Below are positions 9,820-22,333 of a stretch of DNA of 55,108 nucleotides, piece by piece. The stretch is from Bacteroidota bacterium (GTDB lineage: Bacteria; Pseudomonadota; Gammaproteobacteria; Acidiferrobacterales; Sulfurifustaceae), in assembly GCA_050257795.1 (NCBI GenBank), contig JBLMXN010000074.1:1-55108 (forward strand), given 5' to 3'. Positions within the stretch are counted from its first letter, which is position 1. The number at the start of each line of letters is the position of its first letter. The notes under the pieces were generated by a model. It did no database searches and had not been told where the DNA came from. It worked only from the letters and a program-made list of their open reading frames with translations. The translations under genes were made by a program, and so were the position numbers.

Positions 9820-11202
9820 TTATTTCTCGCTTTTGGCTTTCTTCACCGGCCGCTTCCAGCCGGCCCGGGTCTTCTGTTCCGCGCGCGACAGCGTCAGCGC
9901 TCCCGCGGGCGCCTCACGCGTGATCACCGAGCCGGCGCCGATGGTCGCGCCCTGGCCGACAGTGACGGGCGCCACCAGCGCCGTGTTGGAACCGACGAAG
10001 ACGTTATCGCCGATGATGGTGCGGTGCTTGTTAGCGCCGTCGTAGTTGCAGGTAATGGTGCCGGCGCCGATGTTCACGTGGCTCCCTAGGGTGGTATCAC
10101 CGATGTAGCTCAGATGATTCATCTTGCTGCCTTCGCCGACCTCGGATTTTTTCACCTCGACGAAGTTGCCGATATGCGCGGCCTCGGCGATACGGTTGCC
10201 GGGGCGCAGGCGCGAGAAAGGGCCGATACGGCAGCGATTGCCGATGTCGGCCTCCTCGATCACGCAGTTCGGCAGGATCTGGGTATCGGCGCCGATGGTG
10301 CAGTCCCGAATGACGTTGTTCGGTCCGACCTGAACGCGATCCCCCAGCACGACCTTGCCCTCGAAGATGACGTTGACGTCGATCACCACGTCGCGTCCGC
10401 AGCTGAGCTCGCCGCGCACGTCCAGGCGCGCCGGGTCGCGCAGGGTAACGCCCTGGCTCATGAGCCGTTCTGCCTGCTGCTTCTGGTATTGGCGCTCCAA
10501 GTAGGCGAGCTCCAGTTTGCTGTTGACACCGACAATCTCAGAAACATCTTGCGGTGTGCAGGTGGTGATCGGCACCCCGTCCGCGACCGCCATGGCAATT
10601 ATATCAGTCAGGTAGTACTCGCCCTGGGCATTGTGATTGCGCAGGCCGGCGAGCCATTTCCTGAGTTTTCCAACGGGGGCCGCGAGAAAACCGGTGTTGA
10701 CCTCGCGCACGGCGTCCTCGGCAGGGCTGGCGTCCCTGCTCTCCACGATCCGGGTCACCTGGCCGCCCTGGTCACGCAGGATGCGGCCATAGCCCGCCGG
10801 GTTGTCCAATTCAGCCGTTAGCAGGGCCAGGCCGTTACCAGCCGCGCCGAGCAATTCCCGGAGGGTCTGCGGACGGATCAGGGGGACATCGCCGTAGAGC
10901 ACCAGCACGATTGCCTGATCGGCGACCCGGGGCAAGGCCTGGACCACGGCATGGCCGGTGCCTTTCTGCTCCGCCTGGTGCACCCAATTCACGTCGGTGT
11001 CCCGGGCAAAGGCCGCGCGCACCTGCTCGCCGCCATGACCGTACACCACATGGATGGCGGCCGGTTTGACGGCGCGTGCGGCGTCGAGCACGTGCGCCAA
11101 CAGCGGCCGTCCGGCGAGCGCGTGCAGCACCTTGGGCGTGTCGGAATACATGCGCTTGCCCTGGCCGGCGGCGAGGACGATGACTTCGAGCGGGGCGGGC
11201 AT
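9820..11202 (-). CDS. glmU: Bifunctional UDP-GlcNAc pyrophosphorylase / GlcN-1-P acetyltransferase
   Basis: LAAGQGKRM, GEYYLTD, hexapeptide repeats and TCNYDGANK. Confidence 0.98.
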   Translation of the reverse strand: MPAPLEVIVLAAGQGKRMYSDTPKVLHALAGRPLLAHVLDAARAVKPAAIHVVYGHGGEQVRAAFARDTDVNWVHQAEQKGTGHAVVQALPRVADQAIVLVLYGDVPLIRPQTLRELLGAAGNGLALLTAELDNPAGYGRILRDQGGQVTRIVESRDASPAEDAVREVNTGFLAAPVGKLRKWLAGLRNHNAQGEYYLTDIIAMAVADGVPITTCTPQDVSEIVGVNSKLELAYLERQYQKQQAERLMSQGVTLRDPARLDVRGELSCGRDVVIDVNVIFEGKVVLGDRVQVGPNNVIRDCTIGADTQILPNCVIEEADIGNRCRIGPFSRLRPGNRIAEAAHIGNFVEVKKSEVGEGSKMNHLSYIGDTTLGSHVNIGAGTITCNYDGANKHRTIIGDNVFVGSNTALVAPVTVGQGATIGAGSVITREAPAGALTLSRAEQKTRAGWKRPVKKAKSEK

Positions 11203-11240
11203 GTTGTTAACTATAGGAAAAAACCAGCCGGCAAGACGAG

Positions 11241-11729
11241 CTACTGCAACGTCGGCAGGTCGCCGGCGGGACGGCCGTTGCGGATTTCCTCGGGCGTGGC
11301 GTTGCGGATGTCCTGCACCGTGACCTCGAAAGTGATGGTCTGTCCGGCGAGCGGATGGTTGGCGTCGACCGTGATCTTGCCGTTCTCGATGCGCGTCACC
11401 GTGAGCACGATGCTCTCGCCCTTGGCGTTCTGCGCCTCGAACTCGGCGCCCACGCGGCGCAGCTCCGGCGGCGCGTTTTCCAGGTCGTCGGTGAACATGA
11501 GCTTGGGGTCGCGATCGCCGAAGGCATCGGCAGGCGTGAGCGTCACCATCACGCGATCGCCGATGTTGCGGCCTTCGAGCGCCTGTTCGATCTTGGGAAA
11601 CAGATCCGCGCCGGAACCGTGGACGTAGGCCACCGGCAGGTCGCGATACTCGAAGATGTCACCCTTCTGGTTGCGCAATACGTAAGTGAGCGAAACGACC
11701 TTGTTTTTGGCGACGACGGAGGCGGACAT
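11241..11729 (-). CDS. slyD: FKBP-type peptidyl-prolyl isomerase, SlyD-like, without His-rich tail
   Basis: KVVSLTYVL, YVHG, IEQALEG and VDANHPLAGQTITFEV..IRNATPEE. Confidence 0.85.
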   Translation of the reverse strand: MSASVVAKNKVVSLTYVLRNQKGDIFEYRDLPVAYVHGSGADLFPKIEQALEGRNIGDRVMVTLTPADAFGDRDPKLMFTDDLENAPPELRRVGAEFEAQNAKGESIVLTVTRIENGKITVDANHPLAGQTITFEVTVQDIRNATPEEIRNGRPAGDLPTLQ

Positions 11730-11761
11730 GGGAATAACGGTATGTGAAACGCGGCTACCGC

Positions 11762-12183
11762 TTATTTGCGGGTGCGCTCGCGCAGTTTCTGGATGGCGCG
11801 CAGTTGCGCGATGGCTTCGGCCAGCTCGGCCTGGGCGCGGGCGTAGTCGATGTCGGCCTGGCGGTTGCGCAGCGCTTCCTCGGCGCGCTCCTTGGCCTTG
11901 AGGGCAGCGGCCTCATCGAGGTCCTTGGCGCGTGCCGCGGTATCCGCCAGCACCGTAACCATGTGCGGCTGCACTTCGAGCAGGCCGCCCGAAACGTAGA
12001 ACGACAGGTCGTCGGCGCCGCTGCGCACGCGCACCTCGCCCGGCTTCATGCGCGCAATCAGCGGCGCGTGCCGTGGCAGGATGCCGACCTCGCCGGTCAC
12101 GAGCGGCGCGAACACCATCTCCGCCGTGCCGGAATAGATCTCCTTCTCGGCGCTGACGATGTCGACGTGTAGCGTCATGGCCA

Positions 12184-12184
<1 letters not shown>
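11762..12184 (-). CDS. atpC: ATP synthase epsilon subunit
   Basis: [31 protein letters not shown]; operon position. Confidence 0.98.
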
Positions 12185-13563
<1,379 letters not shown>

Positions 13564-13587
13564 CTATGCCTCAAACTTGTGAATTCG

Positions 13588-14457
13588 TTAAACCGCCGCG
13601 GCGCCACCCACGATCTCCGAGATCTCCTGGGTGATCGCCGCCTGGCGCGCCTTGTTGTAGCGCAGCTTCAATTCATCGATCAGGCCGCCGGCGTTATCCG
13701 AGGCCGATTTCATCGCCACCATGCGCGCCGCCTGTTCGCAGGCGAGGTTTTCCACCACCGCGCGGTACACGCGTGCCTCGATGTAGCGCGTCAGCAGGTC
13801 GTCCAGCACCTCTTTCGAGTCCGGTTCGTAAATGTAATCCCAGTGGTGGCCGAGGCGCTCTTCCTCATCCTGCTCCGCTGGCGGCAGCGGCAGCAGCTGT
13901 TCCACGAAGGCTTGCTGCGACATGGTGCTGGCGAAACGGTTGTACACCAGGATCACGCGGTCGAGGCTGCCGTCGACGTAGGCATCCAGCATCACCTTGA
14001 TCGTCCCGATCAGGTCCTCGAGCCGCGGCGTGTCGCCGAGGTGTGAAACGTGCGACACGATGTTCGCGCCGATACGCTTCATGAAGACGAATCCCTTGCC
14101 GCCGATGGTGCAGACGTCGATGGTCGTTTTCTTCTCCGACCACTCTTTCATCGCCGCCAGGGTGGCGCGCAGCAGGTTCGTATTCAGACCGCCGCACAGG
14201 CCGCGGTCGGAGGTCACGACGATGAAGCCGACGCGCTTCGGTTCGCGCGCGAGCGTGAACGGGTGGCGATACTCCGGGTGGGCATAGTGCAGATGGCGGA
14301 TGACGGTGCGGATCCTCTGGGCATACGGACGCGCCGCCTGCATGCGCTCCTGGGCACGACGCATCTTGCTGCCCGCGACCATCTCCATCGCACGCGTGAT
14401 CTTCTGCGTGTTCTGGATCGACTTGATCTGCTTGCGAATTTCTTTGCCGACGGCCAT
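13588..14457 (-). CDS. atpG: ATP synthase gamma subunit
   Basis: [28 protein letters not shown] and [16 protein letters not shown]; start trimmed to 14457. Confidence 0.98.
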   Translation of the reverse strand: MAVGKEIRKQIKSIQNTQKITRAMEMVAGSKMRRAQERMQAARPYAQRIRTVIRHLHYAHPEYRHPFTLAREPKRVGFIVVTSDRGLCGGLNTNLLRATLAAMKEWSEKKTTIDVCTIGGKGFVFMKRIGANIVSHVSHLGDTPRLEDLIGTIKVMLDAYVDGSLDRVILVYNRFASTMSQQAFVEQLLPLPPAEQDEEERLGHHWDYIYEPDSKEVLDDLLTRYIEARVYRAVVENLACEQAARMVAMKSASDNAGGLIDELKLRYNKARQAAITQEISEIVGGAAAV

Positions 14458-14468
14458 AAAATTAGTCC

Positions 14469-14548
14469 CAAGTAGCAAGTTTCAAGTAGCAAGTGAAAAG
14501 CAAGTCATTCCTTCTTACTTGCCACTTGTCACTTGCCACTTGCTACTT
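14469..14548. repeat. Inverted repeat built from CAAGTNN heptamers in the atpA-atpG spacer
   Basis: Left arm CAAGTAG CAAGTTT CAAGTAG CAAGTGA; right arm TACTTGC CACTTGT CACTTGC CACTTGC TACTT. Confidence 0.85.
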
Positions 14549-14551
14549 AAA

Positions 14552-16093
14552 TTACCACGTATGCGTCGCCTTGAACTCGGTGATCGCCTTCTTCAGCTGC
14601 GCCGCCACCTCGTCGCTGTACTCCGGCTTCTGGTTGATTTGATCCATCAACGCGCCATGGTGCGACTTCATGTACGACTGCAACGCGTCCTCGAACGCAC
14701 GTACTTTCTTTACGTCGACGTCATCGAGGAAACCTTCATTGGCGGCGAACAACGACACCGCCATCTGCGCGACGCTCATGGGCGAATACTGCGGCTGTTT
14801 CATGAGCTCGGTGATGCGCTGGCCGCGGTCGAGCTGCTTGCGCGTGGCGGCATCGAGATCGGAGGCGAACTGCGCGAATGCCGCGAGCTCACGATACTGC
14901 GCGAGCGCCAGGCGCACGCCGCCGCCGAGTTTCTTGACGATCTTGGTCTGGGCCGCGCCGCCGACGCGCGACACCGACAGTCCGGCGTTGATCGCCGGGC
15001 GGATACCGGCGTTGAACAGGTCGGTGTCGAGATAGATCTGGCCGTCGGTGATCGAGATCACGTTGGTCGGCACGAACGCCGACACGTCACCCGCTTGCGT
15101 TTCGATGATCGGCAGCGCCGTGAGCGAGCCGGTCCTGCCGGTGACCTTGCCGTTGGTGAGCTTGGCCACGTAATCGGCGTTCACGCGCGAGGCGCGCTCG
15201 AGCAGGCGCGAATGCAGGTAGAACACGTCGCCGGGGTAGGCCTCGCGTCCCGGCGGCCGGCGCAGCAGCAGCGAGATCTGGCGGTAGGCCCACGCCTGCT
15301 TGGTCAGGTCGTCGTAGATTATCAGCGCGTCGCGCCCGGAATCGCGGAAATATTCGCCCATGGCACAGCCGGAATAGGGCGCGATGTACTGCATCGCCGC
15401 CGATTCGGCGGCGGTCGCCGCAACCACGATGGTGTGGCCCATGGCGTCGTACTCTTCGAGCTTGCGCACCACCGCGGCAACCGAGGAGGCCTTCTGGCCG
15501 ATGGCGACGTAGATGCAGACCACGCCGGTGCCCTTCTGGTTGATGATGGTGTCCACGGCGAGCGCGGTCTTGCCGGTCTGGCGGTCGCCGATGATGAGCT
15601 CGCGCTGGCCGCGCCCGATCGGCACCATCGAGTCGATGGATTTGAGTCCGGTCTGCACCGGCTGGCTGACCGACTGGCGCGCAATCACGCCCGGCGCGAT
15701 CTTCTCGATCGGGCTGGTCTGGGCGGTCTTGATCGGACCGCGGCCGTCAATCGGCGCACCCAGGGCATCGACCACGCGCCCGATGAGCTCATCGCCCACC
15801 GGCACTTCCATGATGCGGCCGGTGCACTTGGCGGTGTCGCCTTCGGTGATGTGCTTGTACTCGCCCATGATCACCGCGCCCACCGAGTCGCGCTCGAGAT
15901 TGAGCGCCAGGCCGTAGGTGTTGCCGGGGAATTCGATCATCTCGCCCTGCATCACGTCGGACAGGCCGTGCACGCGGCAGATGCCGTCGGTGAGGCCGAT
16001 CACCGTGCCTTCGGTGCGGGCCTGCGCCCGGGCTTCGAACTTCTCGATGCGCGATTTGATCAGGCTGCTGATTTCGGATGGATTCAGTTGCAT
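14552..16093 (-). CDS. atpA: ATP synthase alpha subunit
   Basis: GDRQTGKT and [21 protein letters not shown]. Confidence 0.99.
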   Translation of the reverse strand: MQLNPSEISSLIKSRIEKFEARAQARTEGTVIGLTDGICRVHGLSDVMQGEMIEFPGNTYGLALNLERDSVGAVIMGEYKHITEGDTAKCTGRIMEVPVGDELIGRVVDALGAPIDGRGPIKTAQTSPIEKIAPGVIARQSVSQPVQTGLKSIDSMVPIGRGQRELIIGDRQTGKTALAVDTIINQKGTGVVCIYVAIGQKASSVAAVVRKLEEYDAMGHTIVVAATAAESAAMQYIAPYSGCAMGEYFRDSGRDALIIYDDLTKQAWAYRQISLLLRRPPGREAYPGDVFYLHSRLLERASRVNADYVAKLTNGKVTGRTGSLTALPIIETQAGDVSAFVPTNVISITDGQIYLDTDLFNAGIRPAINAGLSVSRVGGAAQTKIVKKLGGGVRLALAQYRELAAFAQFASDLDAATRKQLDRGQRITELMKQPQYSPMSVAQMAVSLFAANEGFLDDVDVKKVRAFEDALQSYMKSHHGALMDQINQKPEYSDEVAAQLKKAITEFKATHTW

Positions 16094-16123
16094 GGGTGCA
16101 TTCCCAAAAGTATCAAAAGGGTT

Positions 16124-16660
16124 CTAGTGGCTTAAAGTGGCTGCGAGATCCGCGAGCCGCCCGCGGACCGAGCCATCGATCACGAGGTCGCCGGCGCGGA
16201 TCACGATCCCGCCCATCAGTGTCTTGTCCACCTCGGTCGTGAGGTTCACCTCGCGCCCGAGCCGGCGCTTCAGCGCTTCGCCAAGGCTGTGCAGTTGGGC
16301 GGCTTCCAGCGGAAACGCCGAGATCACGGTGGCCTCGACGCGCGCCTCGGCCTCGGCCCTGAGCGCCTCGTACTGCGCCACGATTTCGGGCAGCAGCGCC
16401 AACCGGCGGTTGTCCACCAGCAGGTGGAAGAAATTCGCGCCCTGGTCATCGACGCGCTGCTCGCACACGCCGAGGAACAACTCGAGAAATCCGGCGCGGT
16501 CCACGCGCGGATCGTTTGCAATTTGCATCATGCGCTCATCAGCCGCCACGGCGGCAATGAAGCCTAGCATCTCGGTCCATTTCTTGAGCTGGTTCTGTCC
16601 TTTCGCGAGCTCGAACACGGCTTCAGCGTAGGGGCGGGCCAGGGTTTGCCTTTCAGCCAT
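16124..16660 (-). CDS. atpH: ATP synthase delta subunit
   Basis: ARPYAEAVF and GGIVIRAGDLVIDGSVRGRL. Confidence 0.97.
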   Translation of the reverse strand: MAERQTLARPYAEAVFELAKGQNQLKKWTEMLGFIAAVAADERMMQIANDPRVDRAGFLELFLGVCEQRVDDQGANFFHLLVDNRRLALLPEIVAQYEALRAEAEARVEATVISAFPLEAAQLHSLGEALKRRLGREVNLTTEVDKTLMGGIVIRAGDLVIDGSVRGRLADLAATLSH

Positions 16661-16675
16661 TGGCTTGCGTCATCC

Positions 16676-17146
16676 TTACAGCTGCTTCACCACGGCCTCG
16701 AGCAGCTTGGCGTGGGTCTTGGCGTCGACTTCCTTCTCGAGGATGCGCGCGGCGCCGCTGACCGCGAGTTCGGACACGGCCGCACGCAGCTGTTCCTTGG
16801 CGCGGTTCACTTCCTGCTCGATGTCGGCGCGCGCGGCCGCGTGAATACGCTCGGCCTCGGTCTTCGCCTGATTCTTGGCCTCTTCGGCGATCTCGGAGGC
16901 GCGCTTCTCCGCGAGCGCGATGACCTCGGTGGCGTCCTGTTTGGCCTTCTTGATGGTTTCGAGCGCTTTTTTCTCGCCCAGCTCCTGCTCGCGCTTGCCG
17001 CGTTCGGCGGCGGCGAGCCCGTCGGCGATGGTCTTCTTGCGTTCCTCCAGCGCCTTCGTGAGCGGCGGCCAGATGAACTTCATGCAGAACCACACGAACA
17101 GGAAGAATGCGATCGACTGTCCGATCAAGGTGGCGTTGATATTCAT
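16676..17146 (-). CDS. atpF: ATP synthase b subunit
   Basis: [19 protein letters not shown] followed by a coiled coil. Confidence 0.98.
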   Translation of the reverse strand: MNINATLIGQSIAFFLFVWFCMKFIWPPLTKALEERKKTIADGLAAAERGKREQELGEKKALETIKKAKQDATEVIALAEKRASEIAEEAKNQAKTEAERIHAAARADIEQEVNRAKEQLRAAVSELAVSGAARILEKEVDAKTHAKLLEAVVKQL

Positions 17147-17182
17147 GTCCCGTACTCCGGAATCAAAGCGGTCGCGTGTGGC

Positions 17183-18328
<1,146 letters not shown>

Positions 18329-18367
18329 TCACTCAATCCCGTGATCGTATGCAACATGATTAATCGA

Positions 18368-18733
18368 TTAATCCGGTTCTTGGCGCCGCCTGTCTGTCGC
18401 CGACCTGACATTCGCCAGAAATCCGAACTGGGCGACGGCAAAAGCGGCAATCAACGGCAGCGGTGCGAGCTTTAATATGCCCAACCCCAAGCCCAGGCAC
18501 AGCACGGCGATTCCGTAGCGTGTGATGAAGTTCGCATACAGCGATCCCAGGCCGCGCGCGCGCCACACACCGAGACCCAGCCATGCACTCAGCAGGATGG
18601 CGGTGCCACCACCAAACAGCGCCGACAAAAATTCCGCCCGGCCGCGCATATAGCCAAACCCGGCGGCGACCAGCAGCGTCAACAAGGCCTGGAACGATAC
18701 AACCCGGCGCACCCCTTTGCGCAGCGCTTCCAT
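18368..18733 (-). CDS. atpI: ATP synthase protein I-like membrane protein
   Basis: Four hydrophobic segments with SALFGG, first gene of the atp operon; GAGGG RBS before the ATG at 18733. Confidence 0.75.
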   Translation of the reverse strand: MEALRKGVRRVVSFQALLTLLVAAGFGYMRGRAEFLSALFGGGTAILLSAWLGLGVWRARGLGSLYANFITRYGIAVLCLGLGLGILKLAPLPLIAAFAVAQFGFLANVRSATDRRRQEPD

Positions 18734-18860
18734 CTTTCCCTCGGTCCGCAATCGGTCCATCGCTGTGCCGCTTCTCCGCGGCAGGGCTGATGTCGGTGCC
18801 ATGCGGTTTACCGTATTTTTAACCTTAAAACGGCGGAAAGGGGCCTTTTAAAGGCGGCGA

Positions 18861-18890
18861 AGTATAAGGTCAGCCCAGAGGAGGGGTCAA
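18861..18890 (-). promoter_or_regulatory. Sigma70-type promoter of the atp operon
   Basis: Minus strand TTGACC-18 bp-TATACT upstream of atpI. Confidence 0.65.
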
Positions 18891-19049
18891 TATAGGCCGA
18901 TAGAATCTGATTATGGCGCCGGATATTGCTGCCGGCGACGACGCACATACAATTTGCGGTTCGCCGTTGAAGGCCTTGGTGACGCGAACTACGGCTCAAC
19001 AACAGATTGAGCCCGCCGCGCGCGGGCGACGGGTTGCCGCAAAGTCACG

Positions 19050-19475
19050 TCACGGAGTGGACGGAGTGGAAGGCGGTGTTTCTTTGGCCGGTTCCGGGGG
19101 CGCGGATGGCGAAGTGTCTGGAGCGGCGGCTGGAGCTTCCGCTTTTTCAGGTTTATTCGGGACCAGCCCGGCCGACATTTTCTCCGCCGCCTCGATTTCC
19201 TCGGGTTTCATCTGCGATTTGAGGTGATCGCGGCGCGTGACCGCGAGCACGTTACCCTGGTCCGCCGCGCGCAGATACCAGGCGAGCGCGGTGACGTCGT
19301 TCTTCGGCATGTTGTACCCGAACTCGTACAGGATTCCGACCTCGAGCTGGGCCTCGGCATTACCCTCGGTAGCCGCCTGCCGCAGTTGTTCGAGCGATGC
19401 CTCGTCCTGCGCCGCCCCGATCACGGGCAGCAGCACGAATGCCATGACAAGCCATGTCTTTTTCATCATAGGCAT
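19050..19475 (-). CDS. Exported Sel1-repeat protein with Pro-rich tail
   Basis: Signal peptide and EAQLEVGILYEFG...ALAWYLRAADQGN; GGAGG RBS. Confidence 0.8.
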   Translation of the reverse strand: MPMMKKTWLVMAFVLLPVIGAAQDEASLEQLRQAATEGNAEAQLEVGILYEFGYNMPKNDVTALAWYLRAADQGNVLAVTRRDHLKSQMKPEEIEAAEKMSAGLVPNKPEKAEAPAAAPDTSPSAPPEPAKETPPSTPSTP

Positions 19476-19550
19476 AAGAATAGGTCCTCCATTGCCTCCT
19501 GCAACCATCATTGCCACCCCGAAAATCCGCCGCGAAACCGGGAAAAAACG

Positions 19551-20408
19551 CTAGCGGAGGTGCGCGAGAATACCGTCGAGCTCGTCGAGCGTGGTGTACT
19601 CGATCACCAGCCGCCCCTTGCCCTTGGCGTTATGCTGGATGCGCACCTTGGTACCGAGCTTTTCCGAGAGCTGTTGTGCCAGTGCACGGGTGTCGGGGTC
19701 CAACCGGGCGCCCGAGGTCTTGTGTCCCGTCGGCTTGGAAAGCAGGCGGCGCACCAGGTTTTCGGTTTCGCGCACCGATAGCCCCTTCTCCACCACGTGA
19801 TGCGCCGCCTGGCTCTGATCCTTGCCTTCGAGGGCGAGCAGGGCACGCGCGTGGCCCATGTCCATCCGTGCGTTTTCCAGCAACTCGCGCACGTCGGGGT
19901 TGAGCGTCAGCAGCCGCAGCAGGTTGGTCACGGCGGCGCGCGAGCGGCCCACGGCGTCGGCCACCTGCTGGTGCGTCATGTGAAACTCGTCGATCAGGCG
20001 CGTGAGCGCGTTGGCCTCTTCGACCGGATTCAGGTTCTCGCGCTGGATGTTCTCGATCAGCGCGATCGCGATCGCGGCCTCGTCGGGAATCTGGCGCACC
20101 ACCGCCGGCACGGTCTCGAGGCCGGCCAGTTGCGCCGCGCGCCAGCGGCGCTCGCCGGCGATGATCTCGTAGTTGCCGGCCGACAGCGGGCGCGCCACGA
20201 TCGGCTGCACCACGCCCTGGGCCTTGATCGAGGCGGCCAGCTCTTCCAGCGCCTCGGGGTTCATGTGCGTACGCGGCTGGTATTTGCCGCGCTGCAGCTG
20301 GTCGATGGGGATCTGGCGCAACTCGTCCTTTACCGCCGGCGTTTCGTAGGCGCCGAGCAGCGCGTCGAGGCCGCGCCCGAGGCGCTGGGGTTTCTTGGTG
20401 GTCATCAC
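19551..20408 (-). CDS. parB: Chromosome partition protein ParB
   Basis: LGRGLDALL, YQPR, GERRWRAA and LIENIQRENL, then HTH VGRSRAAVTNLLRLL. Confidence 0.98.
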   Translation of the reverse strand: MMTTKKPQRLGRGLDALLGAYETPAVKDELRQIPIDQLQRGKYQPRTHMNPEALEELAASIKAQGVVQPIVARPLSAGNYEIIAGERRWRAAQLAGLETVPAVVRQIPDEAAIAIALIENIQRENLNPVEEANALTRLIDEFHMTHQQVADAVGRSRAAVTNLLRLLTLNPDVRELLENARMDMGHARALLALEGKDQSQAAHHVVEKGLSVRETENLVRRLLSKPTGHKTSGARLDPDTRALAQQLSEKLGTKVRIQHNAKGKGRLVIEYTTLDELDGILAHLR

Positions 20409-20659
20409 GGTTGAAGCCTCTTTTTGATTTTCATGCCCGACACCTCCGCTAGGCCTGACAAAACCAAAACGCCTTCTTGTCGGCGTCCGGCAGCATTCGC
20501 GGCAACTCGCATCCCCGCTTCGCGGGGCCCCTGCTCACTGCTCATGCCCGGCGCCTCCGTAAGTGCACGACTACCCGAGGCAGCTCGTCGTCGGCGCCCA
20601 GCGGCATTCGCCACGGTTGCATCCCCACGCTTCGCGTGGGGCCCCTGCGCCCGGCTCAT
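20405..20659 (-). CDS. Possible 84-aa micro-ORF formed by the repeat units
   Basis: Its ATG overlaps the parA stop (ATGA) and its stop overlaps the parB start (GTGA); internal 38/37-aa repeat. Translation is unproven. Confidence 0.35.
   Translation of the reverse strand: MSRAQGPHAKRGDATVANAAGRRRRAASGSRALTEAPGMSSEQGPREAGMRVAANAAGRRQEGVLVLSGLAEVSGMKIKKRLQP
20431..20655. repeat. Two diverged tandem ~111-114 bp units, each with a GC hairpin, between parA and parB
   Basis: Units 20431-20541 and 20542-20655 both start TCATGCCCG.C.CCTCCG and share GTCGGCG..C.GC.GCATTCGC...GCATCCCC(AC)GCTTCGCG(TG)GGGCCCCTGC. Confidence 0.85.
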
Positions 20660-21432
20660 GCCGCTACGACCTCCTCTTCGCGGCGCAGCATCTCGCCGGC
20701 GAGGGCCAGATAGGACTGCGCGCCCTTCGATTGCATGTCGTAGGCGATCACGGGTTTGCCGTGACTGGGCGCTTCGGCGAGGCGGATATTGCGCGGAATG
20801 ATGGTGCGGTAGAGCTTGTCGCCGAAGTGCTGTTTCAGCTGCGCCGAAACTTCGTTGTCGAGATTGTTGCGCGGGTCGAACATGGTGCGAAGCAAGCCTT
20901 CAATCTCGAGTTGGGGATTCAGGGTTTCGCGGATCTTGCGCAGCGTGTTGAGCAGCGCCGTCAGGCCTTCGAGCGCATAGTACTCACACTGCATCGGAAT
21001 CAGGACTGATTGCGCCGCCACCAGCGCATTGATGGTCAGCAGGTTCAGCGCCGGCGGACAGTCGATGAAAATATAATCGTATTGCGTGCGCACGTTCTCG
21101 ATCGCGCCGCGCAAGCGCCGTTCGCGCCGATCGAGCTCGATGAGCTCGATCTCGGCCCCGGAGAGCCGGCTGTTGGACGGCACCAGGTCATAACCGCCTT
21201 CGGTGGGGGTCAGCGCCGCTTCCACCGGCTCGAGGCCGATCAGCACTTCGTAGGTGGTAACGCGGCAATCTTCCTTGTTGATGCCGCTGCCCATGGTGGC
21301 GTTGCCCTGTGGGTCGATGTCGATCAGCATCACCCGGCGGCGCGTCTTGGCGAGCGAGGCGGCGAGGTTGATGCTGGTCGTGGTCTTGCCGACCCCGCCC
21401 TTTTGATTGGTTATCGCGATGACCTTGCCCAT
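20656..21432 (-). CDS. parA: Chromosome partition ATPase ParA (Soj)
   Basis: NQKGGVGKTT, DIDPQGNAT, IDCPP, PMQCEYYALEGL and RLAEAPSHG; start trimmed to 21432. Confidence 0.98.
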   Translation of the reverse strand: MGKVIAITNQKGGVGKTTTSINLAASLAKTRRRVMLIDIDPQGNATMGSGINKEDCRVTTYEVLIGLEPVEAALTPTEGGYDLVPSNSRLSGAEIELIELDRRERRLRGAIENVRTQYDYIFIDCPPALNLLTINALVAAQSVLIPMQCEYYALEGLTALLNTLRKIRETLNPQLEIEGLLRTMFDPRNNLDNEVSAQLKQHFGDKLYRTIIPRNIRLAEAPSHGKPVIAYDMQSKGAQSYLALAGEMLRREEEVVAA

Positions 21433-21454
21433 CGGGCCGCTGCTCCTTCCCCTG

Positions 21455-22075
21455 TCAACCCGGCGCCACGATGACCAGATGCCGCGCGGCATCGAGCCCC
21501 GGTACGTGCAACGCCTTCACCTCCGCCTGGTATCCGTCCGTCACGGCCGCCAGCTCCTCCTGCGGAAACACGCCCTTCATCAGCAGGAACCGGCCGTGCG
21601 CTGCGCACAGGTGCCGACTCGACGCCAGCATATCAGGAATGGAAGCAAACGCGCGAGCAATCAGCGTATCGAATTTTTCCGCCGGATGGAATTTCTCCAC
21701 GCGCTCCTGCACCACCTGCACGTTTTTCAGCCCGAGCTCATGGATCGCCTGGGTGACGAACCGGGTTTTCTTGGCGTTGCTGTCGAGCAAGGTAAAAGCC
21801 AGCGCCGGACGGGCGAGCGCCAGCGGGATGCCGGGAAGGCCGGCGCCGGTGCCGATGTCGAGCACGCGCGATCCCTGCAGATAGGGAAGCACCGACAGGC
21901 TGTCGAGCAGATGGCGCGGGACCATTTGTTCCGGATCGCGCACGGCGGTGAGATTGTAGGTGCGATTCCATTTTTCGAGATATTGCAGAAACTTCAACAG
22001 TTTCTGCCGGATGGCGGGCGTCAGCTCGATGCCCATTTCCTGCAGGCCCTGCGCCAGCCGTTTTTCGAGTGTCAC
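21455..22075 (-). CDS. rsmG: 16S rRNA m7G527 methyltransferase
   Basis: WNRTYNLTA, HLLDSL, DIGTGAGLPG and ARAFA; GTG start after AGGGAGG. Confidence 0.97.
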   Translation of the reverse strand: MTLEKRLAQGLQEMGIELTPAIRQKLLKFLQYLEKWNRTYNLTAVRDPEQMVPRHLLDSLSVLPYLQGSRVLDIGTGAGLPGIPLALARPALAFTLLDSNAKKTRFVTQAIHELGLKNVQVVQERVEKFHPAEKFDTLIARAFASIPDMLASSRHLCAAHGRFLLMKGVFPQEELAAVTDGYQAEVKALHVPGLDAARHLVIVAPG

Positions 22076-22333
22076 CTGGCCCCTCCCTTTTTGCATTCGC
22101 GACAGACGCCAACATGCCGGATTATAAAATCATATTCGTTATGATACGGATTAACTGGGGACATGAATCAACATAAATCTCTTATAAATCCTCCGTACTG
22201 GTACGCCGCCCCTGCTCCAGCCGCCGGATAAACCGCCCGACTGCTTCGATAGTCCCTTCATCCCCTTTTGGCAGCCACTCGCATTGGCTGGGCTAAGCTC
22301 GTGGGAAAACGAGCCGAAAAGGGGAAATCGACC

